A stretch of DNA of 64,000 nt, taken from NCBI GenBank assembly GCA_965208325.1, contig OZ242326.1, positions 1,504,001 through 1,568,000 on the forward strand, written 5' to 3'. Positions 29,934-39,833 of the stretch are shown here, piece after piece. A program made the translations under genes and the position numbers. The notes under the pieces are model-generated. The model ran no database searches and had not been told where the DNA came from. It worked only from the letters and a program-made list of their open reading frames with translations. Origin of the DNA: Candidatus Poribacteria bacterium. Lineage in GTDB: Bacteria; Poribacteria; WGA-4E; PCPOR2b. How positions within the stretch are numbered: position 1 is the stretch's first letter; the number at the start of each line of letters is the position of its first letter.

Positions 29934-31109
29934 TTACCTTCCCTGTGCCGCAGCCACCGCTTTTTGCGCGGATTCTGTTAACCCGTCGGCGGTGATTAAA
30001 TTCAAACCGGAATTAGCAAACAGTCCTTTCGCCAACTCAACATTTGTACCCTCTAACCGCACAACCAGCGGCACTTTTAAATCGACCTGCTTAATCGCTT
30101 CAATAATCCCGTTGGCGATCGTGTCGCATTTCACAATGCCTCCGAAAATATTGACTAGCACTGCTTTCACCTTTTCATCAGCGAGAATCAGGCGAAAAGC
30201 GTGTTCAACACCTTCGGTTGTTACACCACCGCCGACATCAAGGAAATTCGCGGGTTCCCCGCCGTGCAACTTAATTAAATCCATCGTCGCCATCGCCAGC
30301 CCGGCCCCGTTGACCATGCAGCCTATGTTTCCATCAAGGCTGATGTAACTCAGGCCCGACTGTTTGGCTTCCAGCTCTCTCGGATTTTCTTCATGCGGGT
30401 CTCGCATGGCTTCGATATCTTTATGCCGCCACAGCGCATTGTCGTCGAAATTCAGCTTAGCGTCGACTGCAAGCAGATCAGGTCCGCTGTCAGTCTTTGT
30501 GATTGCCAGCGGGTTAATCTCTGCAAGTAAGCAGTCGCAGTCAACGAAAGTATTGTACAAACCGCTCATCATACCGGTTGCCTTGGAGATGAGATTTTCG
30601 GGAATATTCAAGCCGTAAGCCAGTTTTCGCGCTTGAAAGGCTTGAAAGCCGACTGACGAATCAATCACCTCATTAAGAATTTTTTCAGGACTAGTCGCGG
30701 CAACCGCTTCAATGTCCACACCGCCCTCTTCGCTTCCCATCATTACCAACCGGGAACTCGCTCGATCAAGGACGATGCTGAGGTATAGTTCCCGCACAAT
30801 CTCTTGCGCCTCGGCGACCAGGCATTTCCGTACCCGCTTTCCGCCCGGCCCCGTCTGGTGCGTGACCAGCTGCATGCCGAGAATTGCCTCAGCGTGCTCT
30901 CGGACCATTTCAGGGCTAGTGGCGAGCTTGACGCCGCCTCCCTTTCCGCGTCCGCCGGCGTGAATTTGGGCTTTCACAACATATGTGGGACAGTTTAGTT
31001 GCCGGGCTACCCGCTCCGCTTCATCGGGAGTGGACGCTACTTCTCCGCGCGGGACATTTACACCGTGGGCTTCCAATAATTCTTTCGCTTGATATTCATG
31101 TACATTCAT
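29934..31109 (-). CDS. sucC: Succinyl-CoA ligase beta subunit
   Basis: [42 protein letters not shown]. Confidence 0.97.
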   Translation of the reverse strand: MNVHEYQAKELLEAHGVNVPRGEVASTPDEAERVARQLNCPTYVVKAQIHAGGRGKGGGVKLATSPEMVREHAEAILGMQLVTHQTGPGGKRVRKCLVAEAQEIVRELYLSIVLDRASSRLVMMGSEEGGVDIEAVAATSPEKILNEVIDSSVGFQAFQARKLAYGLNIPENLISKATGMMSGLYNTFVDCDCLLAEINPLAITKTDSGPDLLAVDAKLNFDDNALWRHKDIEAMRDPHEENPRELEAKQSGLSYISLDGNIGCMVNGAGLAMATMDLIKLHGGEPANFLDVGGGVTTEGVEHAFRLILADEKVKAVLVNIFGGIVKCDTIANGIIEAIKQVDLKVPLVVRLEGTNVELAKGLFANSGLNLITADGLTESAQKAVAAAQGR

Positions 31110-31265
31110 TCCGTTCCTCCAAACAAGTTTGTCTAAATGGAAATATTACGCAACACCGATTGCGCATCCATCGCACAGGTACGTCGATACCGTTTGCTTG
31201 CACGGGAAGGCTTCCGAATTGCTGCCGGCGGTGCAATGGTGCCAGTTTGCCAATTAAAAATGCCG

Positions 31266-32273
31266 CTAATCAAACTCGTCTAATTGGACAATTCGATGTT
31301 CATCGTAGGATTTTCGCGCCGCTAATGCCATCACAATTGACGCGCGCCCGTCAACGCCCCCCACGAGCGGCAGTGTATCCTTCTGAATCGAAGTGACGAA
31401 TTCTTTCATTTCAGCTAGATAAGACGCTTGGTACCGTTCGATGAAAAAGTATAACGGCTGCGCACTGTGAATCCCGCTTGTATCGGCATGAATATGGGTA
31501 TCTGTCGTGTTGTTTTCAATGCGCATCATACCCGCGTCGCCGAATACCTCTAGCCGCTGATCGTACCCGTACACGGCCTGGTAGCTGTTATCAATGGTTC
31601 CAATTGCGCCATTCGCAAATCGAATTGTGATGACTACCGTATCAAGATCGCCGGACGCCGCAAAATCCGTGTGTACTAACACGCCGCCGGCCGCATAGAT
31701 TTCGACGGCCTCACTTCCCATGATGTAACGCGCCATATCAAAATCGTGGATTGATGTTTCCAAAAATATGCCGCCCCATGTGCGCACATAATCGGGCGAC
31801 GGCGGCTCAGGATCACGGCTCGTAATGCGCAAGACATGGGGGGTACCGATTTTGCCCGCATTTACCATTTTCCACACCCGATGGAAGTTGGCATCAAAGC
31901 GTCGATTAAAGCCAATCTGTAACTTCACTCCCTTTTTTTCAACCGCTGCCAATGCCAAATCGATTGCTTTAAGTTCAAATCCAATCGGTTTCTCACAGAA
32001 AATATGTTTCGATGCTACCGCTGATTCTCGAATAATCTGTGGATGAGTTGGGGAGGGTGAACAGATGACGACTGCGTGAATCGTTGGGTCATTTAGGATT
32101 TCTCCATAATCTGATAACGCTCTCGTAATCCGGAACTGTTCTGCCGCCTCTTCTGCCGCCTGTACACGAGTGTCCGCCACAGCTACCACAACGGCATCAG
32201 GAATATGGCGCATAATATTTTCAAGGTGGATTCTGCTCATACGTCCGGCGCCGATGACCCCAATTCTTAACAT
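31266..32273 (-). CDS. iolG: Inositol 2-dehydrogenase-like Gfo/Idh/MocA oxidoreductase
   Basis: IGAGRM, CEKP, GFNRRFD, SRDP, IHDFD, YGYDQR. Confidence 0.8.
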   Translation of the reverse strand: MLRIGVIGAGRMSRIHLENIMRHIPDAVVVAVADTRVQAAEEAAEQFRITRALSDYGEILNDPTIHAVVICSPSPTHPQIIRESAVASKHIFCEKPIGFELKAIDLALAAVEKKGVKLQIGFNRRFDANFHRVWKMVNAGKIGTPHVLRITSRDPEPPSPDYVRTWGGIFLETSIHDFDMARYIMGSEAVEIYAAGGVLVHTDFAASGDLDTVVITIRFANGAIGTIDNSYQAVYGYDQRLEVFGDAGMMRIENNTTDTHIHADTSGIHSAQPLYFFIERYQASYLAEMKEFVTSIQKDTLPLVGGVDGRASIVMALAARKSYDEHRIVQLDEFD

Positions 32274-32297
32274 CTAAAATCCTCCGCAATTCACATC

Positions 32298-32386
32298 GTA
32301 CGCGGGAAATCTTGCCCCGATGCAACCGGCGTAAGCCGGGCATCATTCACCACTGCACCCGCCGTAGGCGGGGCATCTTACCCCGC
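32298..32386. repeat. Tandem REP-like hairpins
   Basis: GTACGCGGGAAATCTTGCCCCG and GTAGGCGGGGCATCTTACCCCGC flanking CCGGC-GTAA-GCCGG. Confidence 0.5.
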
Positions 32387-32617
32387 GTTGCCATTGCAAG
32401 TTTGATTATTTTCTAACCATTCTCATTTTGAAGATCCATACAGCTTACCAACCAAAGCGGAAGGGAGTCATTCGACAATAAGGCCGAATCAATCGGGTTC
32501 TTTCGACATGAAATTTCAAAATTCTGAGAATGGCATATGCAACGGTTGTTTTTCAAGGCGGGTTTTACTCGGTGAGCTGTAGTTTGGGTGCCGGTAAGTC
32601 CTTATGCAGCAACGCTT

Positions 32618-33583
32618 TTAGAGATTTATCTGTTTCCCTTTTGCAAATGAATCACTTGCCGCCATCGTAAGGCGGAAGGTTTGAAGTGCATCGCTGTAAG
32701 GTGAACGGATTCTGGAGGCATCTCCACTTTTAACGGCATCAATAAAGACACGGTCTTCGCGCAAATATCCATCAGAATTATCTTCACGCGTCTCAGTGCT
32801 GCCTGCGCGATTGATACTGACAGAACTTCCACTTACTTCGACGAATACATCGCGGCAAAAAACTTCAAGCTTTATCCGTCCCCAAGCTGACAATATGCAC
32901 GCCGAAGTAATGTTTGCGGCCGCGCCGTTTTCAAATCCAATGTTAACCACGCTCATGTCATCAATGTCATAGTTGGGAATGTCGGTCATGCTTCCCTTTG
33001 CGGCGAACCCGTGTACGGAAATTGCTTCGCTGCCGACAAGGTAACGGCAAAGATCGAATATGTGCGTTGTCTGCTCAACGTGTTGCCCCCCTGACTGTGC
33101 GCGAACCCGCCACCATCCAACCCCCGGCATGCCGCCCATCCAGTAGCCCAATGCACCGACGATTTGCTCGTCTTTCAGGGCAGCTTGCGCCCGCTCTACA
33201 TTCCTTTGGTATCGCCAATGGTATCCGACGCTGGTAATAATCCCGCTTCCTTCGATGGCTTCGTGAATTTCAATCGCCTGCTCCAATTGTACGGCAATCG
33301 GCTTTTCGACAAAAAAGGGAATCCCCAAATCACAAGAAATCTGCTCCTGTCCGCCGTGCGCAAAGGGAGGCGTACAGATGTAAACCGCGTCAAGTTCTTC
33401 TTTGTCGAACATCTCTTTATAGTCGGTATAGGGTGTTGCTCCAAATTCCTCCGCTCTTCGCTCGGCTTGCTCCTCTAAAATGTCGCACACCGCGGTGAGT
33501 CGAACATCCTGGAATCCTGCTAGATTTTCCAGATGGCCGCCCGCCATATGCCCCACGCCGATTGCGCCAACTCTAACTTGCAC
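32618..33583 (-). CDS. Gfo/Idh/MocA family oxidoreductase
   Basis: IGVGHM, VEKP, EQTTHIFD. Confidence 0.88.
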   Translation of the reverse strand: MQVRVGAIGVGHMAGGHLENLAGFQDVRLTAVCDILEEQAERRAEEFGATPYTDYKEMFDKEELDAVYICTPPFAHGGQEQISCDLGIPFFVEKPIAVQLEQAIEIHEAIEGSGIITSVGYHWRYQRNVERAQAALKDEQIVGALGYWMGGMPGVGWWRVRAQSGGQHVEQTTHIFDLCRYLVGSEAISVHGFAAKGSMTDIPNYDIDDMSVVNIGFENGAAANITSACILSAWGRIKLEVFCRDVFVEVSGSSVSINRAGSTETREDNSDGYLREDRVFIDAVKSGDASRIRSPYSDALQTFRLTMAASDSFAKGKQINL

Positions 33584-33587
33584 CCGC

Positions 33588-34400
33588 TTATTTCCTCCGC
33601 TGCAGCCACTGATTCATGTATTGCGCCGATTTGGGCAACTCCACCTCACCCGGCCCAGGCACGCTGCACTCAAGCACCATGTGGTGTTGATAGTCAATCT
33701 TTCGTAACGCTTTAAAACCTGATTTGAAATCCGTATGGCCGTAACCGGGAGGTTCACGAGTGCTGTCAGCCAAATGAACATGTTTAATGTAATCGCTGTT
33801 GGCTTTGATACTTTCTGCAATATTCCGTTCCTCAATGCTCATGTGGAAAAAGTCCGCCATAATTGCAACATTCGGGTTGTTTACTTGCTTGCAGATGTCA
33901 ACGCCGTCAGCGAGGGTTCGCATATAGTGCGTTTCATACCGGTTCAGCGGTTCCAAGAGGATTATGGAACCAACCTCTTGAGCATACCCGCCAAGATCTT
34001 TTAGGAGGTGGACTAGCAGCTCAGTTTCAAGCTGCCGCGCGGATTTGTAAGGGCTCAAATCCTGTATTCGCGGTGCGCCAAACGCGGGGACAACAACCAG
34101 TCCGATTGCGCCGATATTTGCAGCTGCCTTGAGTAAAGCACGAATTCCTGCAACCGTTCTGCCGCGTTCATGCAGATCGCTGTCCAACAACATGCCTGGA
34201 TACCCCGCGCAGACTGCGCTCGGTTTGACCGGGTGATTCTCCGTTGCCTTAATGATTTCATCTTGACGCTTCTCTAATTCGCCGCCTCCAAACTCAATGC
34301 CTTCATAACCGTATGCTGCAAGATTATCCAATTTTTCGGCGAGATCCCTTCCCGGCACGAGCCCTTCCTGACTTCCTAATTTCACTCGCTTTCCCTCCAT
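33588..34400 (-). CDS. Sugar phosphate isomerase/epimerase (TIM barrel)
   Basis: EPLNRYE, DFFHM, HVHLAD, PGYGHTDF, LEC. Confidence 0.88.
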   Translation of the reverse strand: MEGKRVKLGSQEGLVPGRDLAEKLDNLAAYGYEGIEFGGGELEKRQDEIIKATENHPVKPSAVCAGYPGMLLDSDLHERGRTVAGIRALLKAAANIGAIGLVVVPAFGAPRIQDLSPYKSARQLETELLVHLLKDLGGYAQEVGSIILLEPLNRYETHYMRTLADGVDICKQVNNPNVAIMADFFHMSIEERNIAESIKANSDYIKHVHLADSTREPPGYGHTDFKSGFKALRKIDYQHHMVLECSVPGPGEVELPKSAQYMNQWLQRRK

Positions 34401-34957
34401 TCGTAAATTGACAGCGCAGTATCGCCGTACGCTTCCTGTCTATTCGACATTAACCCTGTGGTTGACAGCGTCGGAAGATTTAGCTCTCTGCTTTTTCGAT
34501 GTTCCACAACAAGCTTGCCCAATCGAGCAAGTATTCGATTTTTAGCGACAATTTCCAGGCAAGCGTTGTAGATATCGGCGTCATAAGGCGGGTCAAAGTA
34601 AATCAGATTGAATTCTGCTTGATGTCTTCCGAGGTAGTTCAGACCTTTCTGAGCCGTTAAATTGATGAGAGTTGCCTGTGGATCGTTGCGGTAGATGCCG
34701 CACTGTTCCAGGTTGGAAGCAATCACCCGAATACATTGGAAATCGTGATCGATAAACGTTACCGATTTTGCGCCCCGGCTCAACGCTTCGATGCCGATGT
34801 TTCCTGTCCCTGCACAAAGGTCTAAAAATTTAGCGTCGTCAACGCTTTCCCGAAGGATGCTAAACAACGCACCCTTAACACGGTCCGAAGTCGGTCGTAT
34901 CTTTGCCCTTTTTACTGATAAACGCCTTCCCTTGAATGCTCCGGCGATGATTCTCAT
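34382..34957 (-). CDS. rsmD: 16S rRNA m2G966 methyltransferase
   Basis: MRIIAG, RPTSDRVK, LDLCAGTG, DPPY, YGDT. Confidence 0.93.
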   Translation of the reverse strand: MRIIAGAFKGRRLSVKRAKIRPTSDRVKGALFSILRESVDDAKFLDLCAGTGNIGIEALSRGAKSVTFIDHDFQCIRVIASNLEQCGIYRNDPQATLINLTAQKGLNYLGRHQAEFNLIYFDPPYDADIYNACLEIVAKNRILARLGKLVVEHRKSRELNLPTLSTTGLMSNRQEAYGDTALSIYEWRESE

Positions 34958-35011
34958 AGTGAGGACCTTGATGGCGATTTCAGGTTTTCAACGTGTAGCA
35001 AATATAGGCAG

Positions 35012-35040
35012 ATTATACTATAGCTAACCTTACACGTCAA
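35012..35040 (-). promoter_or_regulatory. Sigma70 promoter of rsmD operon
   Basis: Minus strand TTGACG-N17-TATAAT. Confidence 0.7.
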
Positions 35041-35144
35041 CCCAAAATACTTGAGGTTTAACACATGCCAATCGACGTTGCGCATCGCCGTTAAAGAGAT
35101 ATTAACAAGGGATTTGTAATGATTTGCCAATAATCGCCTGAGAT

Positions 35145-36149
35145 TCATTTCCATGGCAGCGGTACATCCAACCGCTGGCTTACTGCGCGCGCCGAATCTT
35201 GCTCGACCTTCCCGTAGCGGATACCTTCACGCTGATGTGTCTGAAAACGCTCTTCCTCAACGGCGCCGGGAAGCAGCGCTTGATCGGTGCCGGGCATCGG
35301 TTCATAAGTTTCCCGCACATCACGCACGTACCTATCCACTTCCGCGCGGAAAACCTCCTCCGGAACCACAGTTTCCACGTGGATGGCAAGCACCATTCCG
35401 CCGAGTTGGGCATCCCGCCAATGTTTCACATTTGAATCAGCAGCAGGAATCGTAAAACCCGTTAAACCGCCGCCGAGTAAACTCGCCACAGCGACGTAGC
35501 CGATACTCTTGAAAAATGCTGCGGGAATTTTAGAGAGCAGCTCATCAAACTCGGCGCCGCGCTGGTAATCTCCCAGGATACACGCCGCTGCGTCAAGCAC
35601 CAGTGGCGGTTCGTCCGCAGAGGGTATGGCAAAGCAGATTGGCGGGTTACCAATATAGCCAAGCTGGGGCTTTATTTCCTGTCCACTGGCGTTCCCGTGA
35701 TCTTGGTACCCCTGCACCGAAAAACCGATGCAGCCCTCATCCATACACATTCGCGCGTAATGCCCCGCTGATCCGTAGTGGCCTATGTGCCGGACCAGCC
35801 CCATTCCGATGCCGACATCCTTCGCCTTAACAATTGCCTTTTCGGTAGCACGAACCATTGGAAGATAACCCAGTGTTCCATCGCCGTGTAAAACCACAGC
35901 GGTTGGAGTCTCGTGGAGAAGGCGAACGTCGGGTTCTGGATTAATGTGCCCATTCTCGATACTACTGCAGTAACCATTGACCAACCGCGTCCCATGACTG
36001 CGCACGCCGCGGAGATCGGAATTTACCAGCAAGCGGCTAATCAAAGCCGCATGATTTTTATTCAGTCCAACCTTCTCAAAACAAGCCGTGGAAAAGGCAA
36101 GGAGATTGTCTTCCTGAACTCGAACGAAAGTTTCTGGCGGTTGATTCAT
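35145..36149 (-). CDS. Ldh_2 family (type 2 malate/L-lactate dehydrogenase-like) oxidoreductase
   Basis: DLRGVRSHG, HYG, GNPP, LLPG. Confidence 0.85.
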   Translation of the reverse strand: MNQPPETFVRVQEDNLLAFSTACFEKVGLNKNHAALISRLLVNSDLRGVRSHGTRLVNGYCSSIENGHINPEPDVRLLHETPTAVVLHGDGTLGYLPMVRATEKAIVKAKDVGIGMGLVRHIGHYGSAGHYARMCMDEGCIGFSVQGYQDHGNASGQEIKPQLGYIGNPPICFAIPSADEPPLVLDAAACILGDYQRGAEFDELLSKIPAAFFKSIGYVAVASLLGGGLTGFTIPAADSNVKHWRDAQLGGMVLAIHVETVVPEEVFRAEVDRYVRDVRETYEPMPGTDQALLPGAVEEERFQTHQREGIRYGKVEQDSARAVSQRLDVPLPWK

Positions 36150-36380
36150 TGATGCTACCTCTTAAAGTAAAGGGTGAAATAAAACCTTGCGGCATGTACA
36201 ACGGTGTGAACAGTATGAATGGTGTATCACAGCGGCTTGGTAAAGCGTTACCTTAGGTACGGTAAAAGAGACGCGATCTGCACTTTGCTCAAAATGAAGC
36301 GCAATCCCATCTGGTTCAACCGAAATTTCCGACGACCTTAATTCGGAGTTGCGCCCTCCGCCGCAGTAATTTTCGTTTCA

Positions 36381-37526
36381 CTAAGGCCCTTCCTCATAAA
36401 ACTCGCGCAAGCTCCGCTTCGGCAATTCTCGGTACGGATGCTGCGCTAATGCTGCTTCGTCCAATTCAAGTCCTAGACCGGCACCTGTTGGGAGTTGGAC
36501 ATAACCGTCCTTAACTCGAATGGGATTGACCGAAATCTCGTTGCCGCAAGACGTGAAGTTGACGAAGTATTCGGTAATCAGGAAATTGGGCATTACAGCG
36601 CACGCCTGCAATGTTGCAGCGAGTCCTACCGTTGTGCTGTTGTAGTTGTGCGGCGCCATCGTAACGAAATACGGCTCTGCCATCGCCGCGATTTCTTTAA
36701 GTTCTAATATACCTCCGCAGTTGCAAACATCGGGATTGAGGAGGTCGGCTGCATTTTTCTCGAAGACCTCTCGAAACTCCCCTTTCGTGTAGAGTTCTTC
36801 ACCGGTCACAACGGGCAGGTTTACAGCGCGTCGGACTTCGGCAAGCGCATCAACGTTACGCGCAGAAACTGGCTCTTCATACCAAAACGGGTTGAATTCC
36901 TCCAGTTCACGGGCGATGCGAATGGCGTGCATTGGGGCGAGCCGGCGGTGTACCTCGATTAGCAGTTCCACATCCGGCCCCACGGCGTCCCGTACAGCGC
37001 GCACGCATTCGACAGCCGCGGCTTCATCTTCACGGCTGAGATGCGTCCGCCAGGCGCCGGGGAACGGGTCGAATTTCATGGCGTTGAACCCCTGTTCTAC
37101 CAATTGTGCAGCACGTTCAGCGCACGCCTCAATCGTTCCCCCGCTCCACCCGTTGGCGTAAACTCGAATCTTGTCCCGGCACGCCCCGCCCAGCAGGTTG
37201 TAAACGGGCGTGTTCAACGCTTTGCCTATAATGTCCCAGAGTGGTTGCTCGATACCGCTGATTGCACAGTAGAGATCCATGCCCCCCCGCTTATTCGCGA
37301 AGTCGTGATATGCCATGAAAGTAAAATGCTTGATGTTGAAAGGACTCCGCGCAATAAGGTAACGCGAAAGCTCCTGAACGTAGATTTCGATCGCCCGATC
37401 TCGGTCAGCCTGCGTGTAACATTCACCCCATCCAAAAATCCCTTCGTCGGTCTCCACCTTTACAAATAGCCAGTTTTTCCCCTGCCCAGGGTGTACGAGA
37501 AATGTCCTGATTTTTGTTATCTTCAT
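36381..37526 (-). CDS. Galactonate dehydratase-like enolase superfamily enzyme
   Basis: WDIIGKAL..PVY.LLGG..R..IRVYAN, EVHRR, YEEP, TGE, APHN. Confidence 0.85.
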   Translation of the reverse strand: MKITKIRTFLVHPGQGKNWLFVKVETDEGIFGWGECYTQADRDRAIEIYVQELSRYLIARSPFNIKHFTFMAYHDFANKRGGMDLYCAISGIEQPLWDIIGKALNTPVYNLLGGACRDKIRVYANGWSGGTIEACAERAAQLVEQGFNAMKFDPFPGAWRTHLSREDEAAAVECVRAVRDAVGPDVELLIEVHRRLAPMHAIRIARELEEFNPFWYEEPVSARNVDALAEVRRAVNLPVVTGEELYTKGEFREVFEKNAADLLNPDVCNCGGILELKEIAAMAEPYFVTMAPHNYNSTTVGLAATLQACAVMPNFLITEYFVNFTSCGNEISVNPIRVKDGYVQLPTGAGLGLELDEAALAQHPYRELPKRSLREFYEEGP

Positions 37527-37732
37527 CTCGCGCCTCTTTCTATGCCGATGATAGGCGTTATTTTAGCAAATTTTCTAACCTGTAGCAAGAGCAACCGAGG
37601 TTTCCTTCACAGCAGTTTTCGCTTGATTTAGTAAGGTGTTCATGATAAGATGAACTGAATTATATAAGCCAATTTACAACAAAAATACGCGCCCGTGATT
37701 GTCCACTGATGCACTGATGATGGAATATGGCT

Positions 37733-37758
37733 CGCGGGTCGGGATGCGCCGACCCGCG
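37733..37758. repeat. Perfect 10-bp GC-rich hairpin (REP-like or regulatory)
   Basis: CGCGGGTCGG-GATGCG-CCGACCCGCG in the divergent intergenic region; no T-tract. Confidence 0.45.
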
Positions 37759-37864
37759 GAGAAAATTTTAGGGTTCGAGTCAGTTTTGCTAAAATGAAAC
37801 AAAAGGCATCGTGGCGAGTTCAAACTATACAGTATAATGAGACTGAGGGGGTGTGCAAGGGGGA

Positions 37865-38878
37865 ATGGGGTGCGTAGGTACTGAAAATCACCTGGAAGAA
37901 AACAACATTTATCATGGTGATTCAAGAAAATTGTTGAAAAAAATCAGGCCGGACTCCGTCGCACTTAGTGTTTGGTCACCGCCATACTTTGTCGGGAAAG
38001 CATACGAGGGCGATATGTCTCTCGCGGAATGGAAAGCATTATTGTGGGAAGTAATCAAGCTGCATTTCCCAGTCATAAAGCCGGGGGGGTTCCTCGCTAT
38101 CAATATCGCCGATATCCTGTGTTTCAAGGATGAGTCCATGCCAAAAATAATGGCGGAGAACGTATCACGGCGAAAAATCAGAGTGACCAAGGAGCAGATA
38201 CTTGCGGTCAAACATGAGCACCCGACTTGGAACAGATACGAGTTAGCTGGACATTTCGGGTGTAGTGAACAAACCATTGACAGGCGATTGAACGGCAACA
38301 ACGTAAGGGGCGGAAAATACCATGCGCAAACACGCGTTTTTCTGGTTGGCAACCTAATTGAGGAGGCCGCCAATGAAACCGGATTTCATTTGTACGATCG
38401 GCGCGTTTGGGTAAAGGATGCCGCGTGGGAAAATTCTAGATGGCACACTATTTCTTATCGCTCCGTTGATGAATTTGAGTATATCTATGTGTTTTGGAAA
38501 CCAGGCATTACCAGAGTCGATCGTCGCCGTCTGACGAAGGAGGAGTGGGTGAACTGGGGTTCGAGAGCGGTTTGGGAAATCCCGTCGGTTCGCAGCAACT
38601 CCAATCATGATTCAAAGTTCCCTGTTGAGCTTCCGAGAAGAGTCATAAAGCTGCTTTCGGACACCGGTGATGTTGTACTTGATTGCTTCATTGGCAGTGG
38701 AACAACAGCGATCGCAGCCATTAGCGAAGGCAGAAACTACATCGGGATTGATAAAGAGGTAAAATCTGTGGAAATTGCACTAAATTCTGTTTTCGCTTTT
38801 GAAGATTACGAAAAGGAACCTAAACAGATAGATTTGTTCATTCGAGAAGTTGAACAAGAATATCACAAGAAAACTTAA
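37865..38878 (+). CDS. Beta-class N4-cytosine DNA methyltransferase (M.BglI/M.SfiI-like by recall), orphan
   Basis: WSPPY (motif IV) precedes VLDCFIGSGTT (motif I); internal HTH-like segment YELAGHFGCSEQTIDRRL. Confidence 0.85.
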   Translation: MGCVGTENHLEENNIYHGDSRKLLKKIRPDSVALSVWSPPYFVGKAYEGDMSLAEWKALLWEVIKLHFPVIKPGGFLAINIADILCFKDESMPKIMAENVSRRKIRVTKEQILAVKHEHPTWNRYELAGHFGCSEQTIDRRLNGNNVRGGKYHAQTRVFLVGNLIEEAANETGFHLYDRRVWVKDAAWENSRWHTISYRSVDEFEYIYVFWKPGITRVDRRRLTKEEWVNWGSRAVWEIPSVRSNSNHDSKFPVELPRRVIKLLSDTGDVVLDCFIGSGTTAIAAISEGRNYIGIDKEVKSVEIALNSVFAFEDYEKEPKQIDLFIREVEQEYHKKT

Positions 38879-38954
38879 TTTCCCAAAAACAATTGAGTTA
38901 CTATTCTTCTGCTGAATTAGAATGCTTTATCGCACGGTAAATGGGTAAACTGCA

Positions 38955-39692
38955 ATGAAATCCATAGGGGTTATTCCCGCACGCTACGCGTCGAGTCGGT
39001 TCGAAGGTAAGGCGCTGGCGGACATTTTCGGCAAGCCGATGGTGCAGCACGTCTATGAACGGGCGTCGCGTGCAAAGACTCTGAATGGGGTCATTGTCGC
39101 AACCGACGATAGGCAAATTTACGATGCGGTCGCCGGCTTCGGCGGAGAGGTCCTCATGACCGCACCGAATTGCCCCACTGGAACAGAGCGGGTTGCCGTG
39201 GTTGCGGAAATGCTGGATTGCGATGTCGTCGCCAACATTCAAGGCGATGAGCCGCTGCTTGAACCAGCCATGATCGACCAACTCATCCAACCCTTCCTAG
39301 ATAATCCCGCCGTAGAAGTGAGTACGCTGAAACAGAGAGTTGAAAATGAAGCCGATTACCGGGATCCTAACGTCGTAAAACTTGTAACAAGCCTTGATGG
39401 ATTCGCGCTTTATTTTTCGAGAGGCGCCGTCCCCGGTAATCTGTCGAATGACTGGATAAAAACTAACCCAATTTATCGGCATGTCGGGCTTTATGCCTAC
39501 CGCCGGAAAACGCTTCTCTCGTTCACAGAATGGGATCGGACGCCGTGTGAAATCTCGGAGGGGTTGGAACAGTTGCGCTTCCTCGAGCACAGTGTACGCA
39601 TTCGCGTTGTCGAAACGGAATATCCCACGATTGGTGTTGATACACCGGCCGATCTGGAGCGTGTAATTTCAATCTTGAAATCGTGCCAGTGA
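38955..39692 (+). CDS. kdsB: CMP-Kdo synthetase
   Basis: IPARYASSRF.GK, NIQGDEP, LEQLR, GVDTP. Confidence 0.95.
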   Translation: MKSIGVIPARYASSRFEGKALADIFGKPMVQHVYERASRAKTLNGVIVATDDRQIYDAVAGFGGEVLMTAPNCPTGTERVAVVAEMLDCDVVANIQGDEPLLEPAMIDQLIQPFLDNPAVEVSTLKQRVENEADYRDPNVVKLVTSLDGFALYFSRGAVPGNLSNDWIKTNPIYRHVGLYAYRRKTLLSFTEWDRTPCEISEGLEQLRFLEHSVRIRVVETEYPTIGVDTPADLERVISILKSCQ

Positions 39693-39833
39693 ATCACGTA
39701 ATTGGCATTACTTAAATATCTGAGTTGTGCAGTTTGTCCGAGTAAAATGGACTAAAGAGAGTAGGTATTGTTTTGAGTGTTGGGTTAACGGAAGGAAAGG
39801 CTCAAAAACGGACAAGGGAAAGAGGTTAATGCA

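Noticed and set aside
32319..32344. Group II intron domain V-like hairpin with a GNRA loop
   Set aside because: It lacks the catalytic triad geometry and any intron context; it is better explained as part of a REP cluster.
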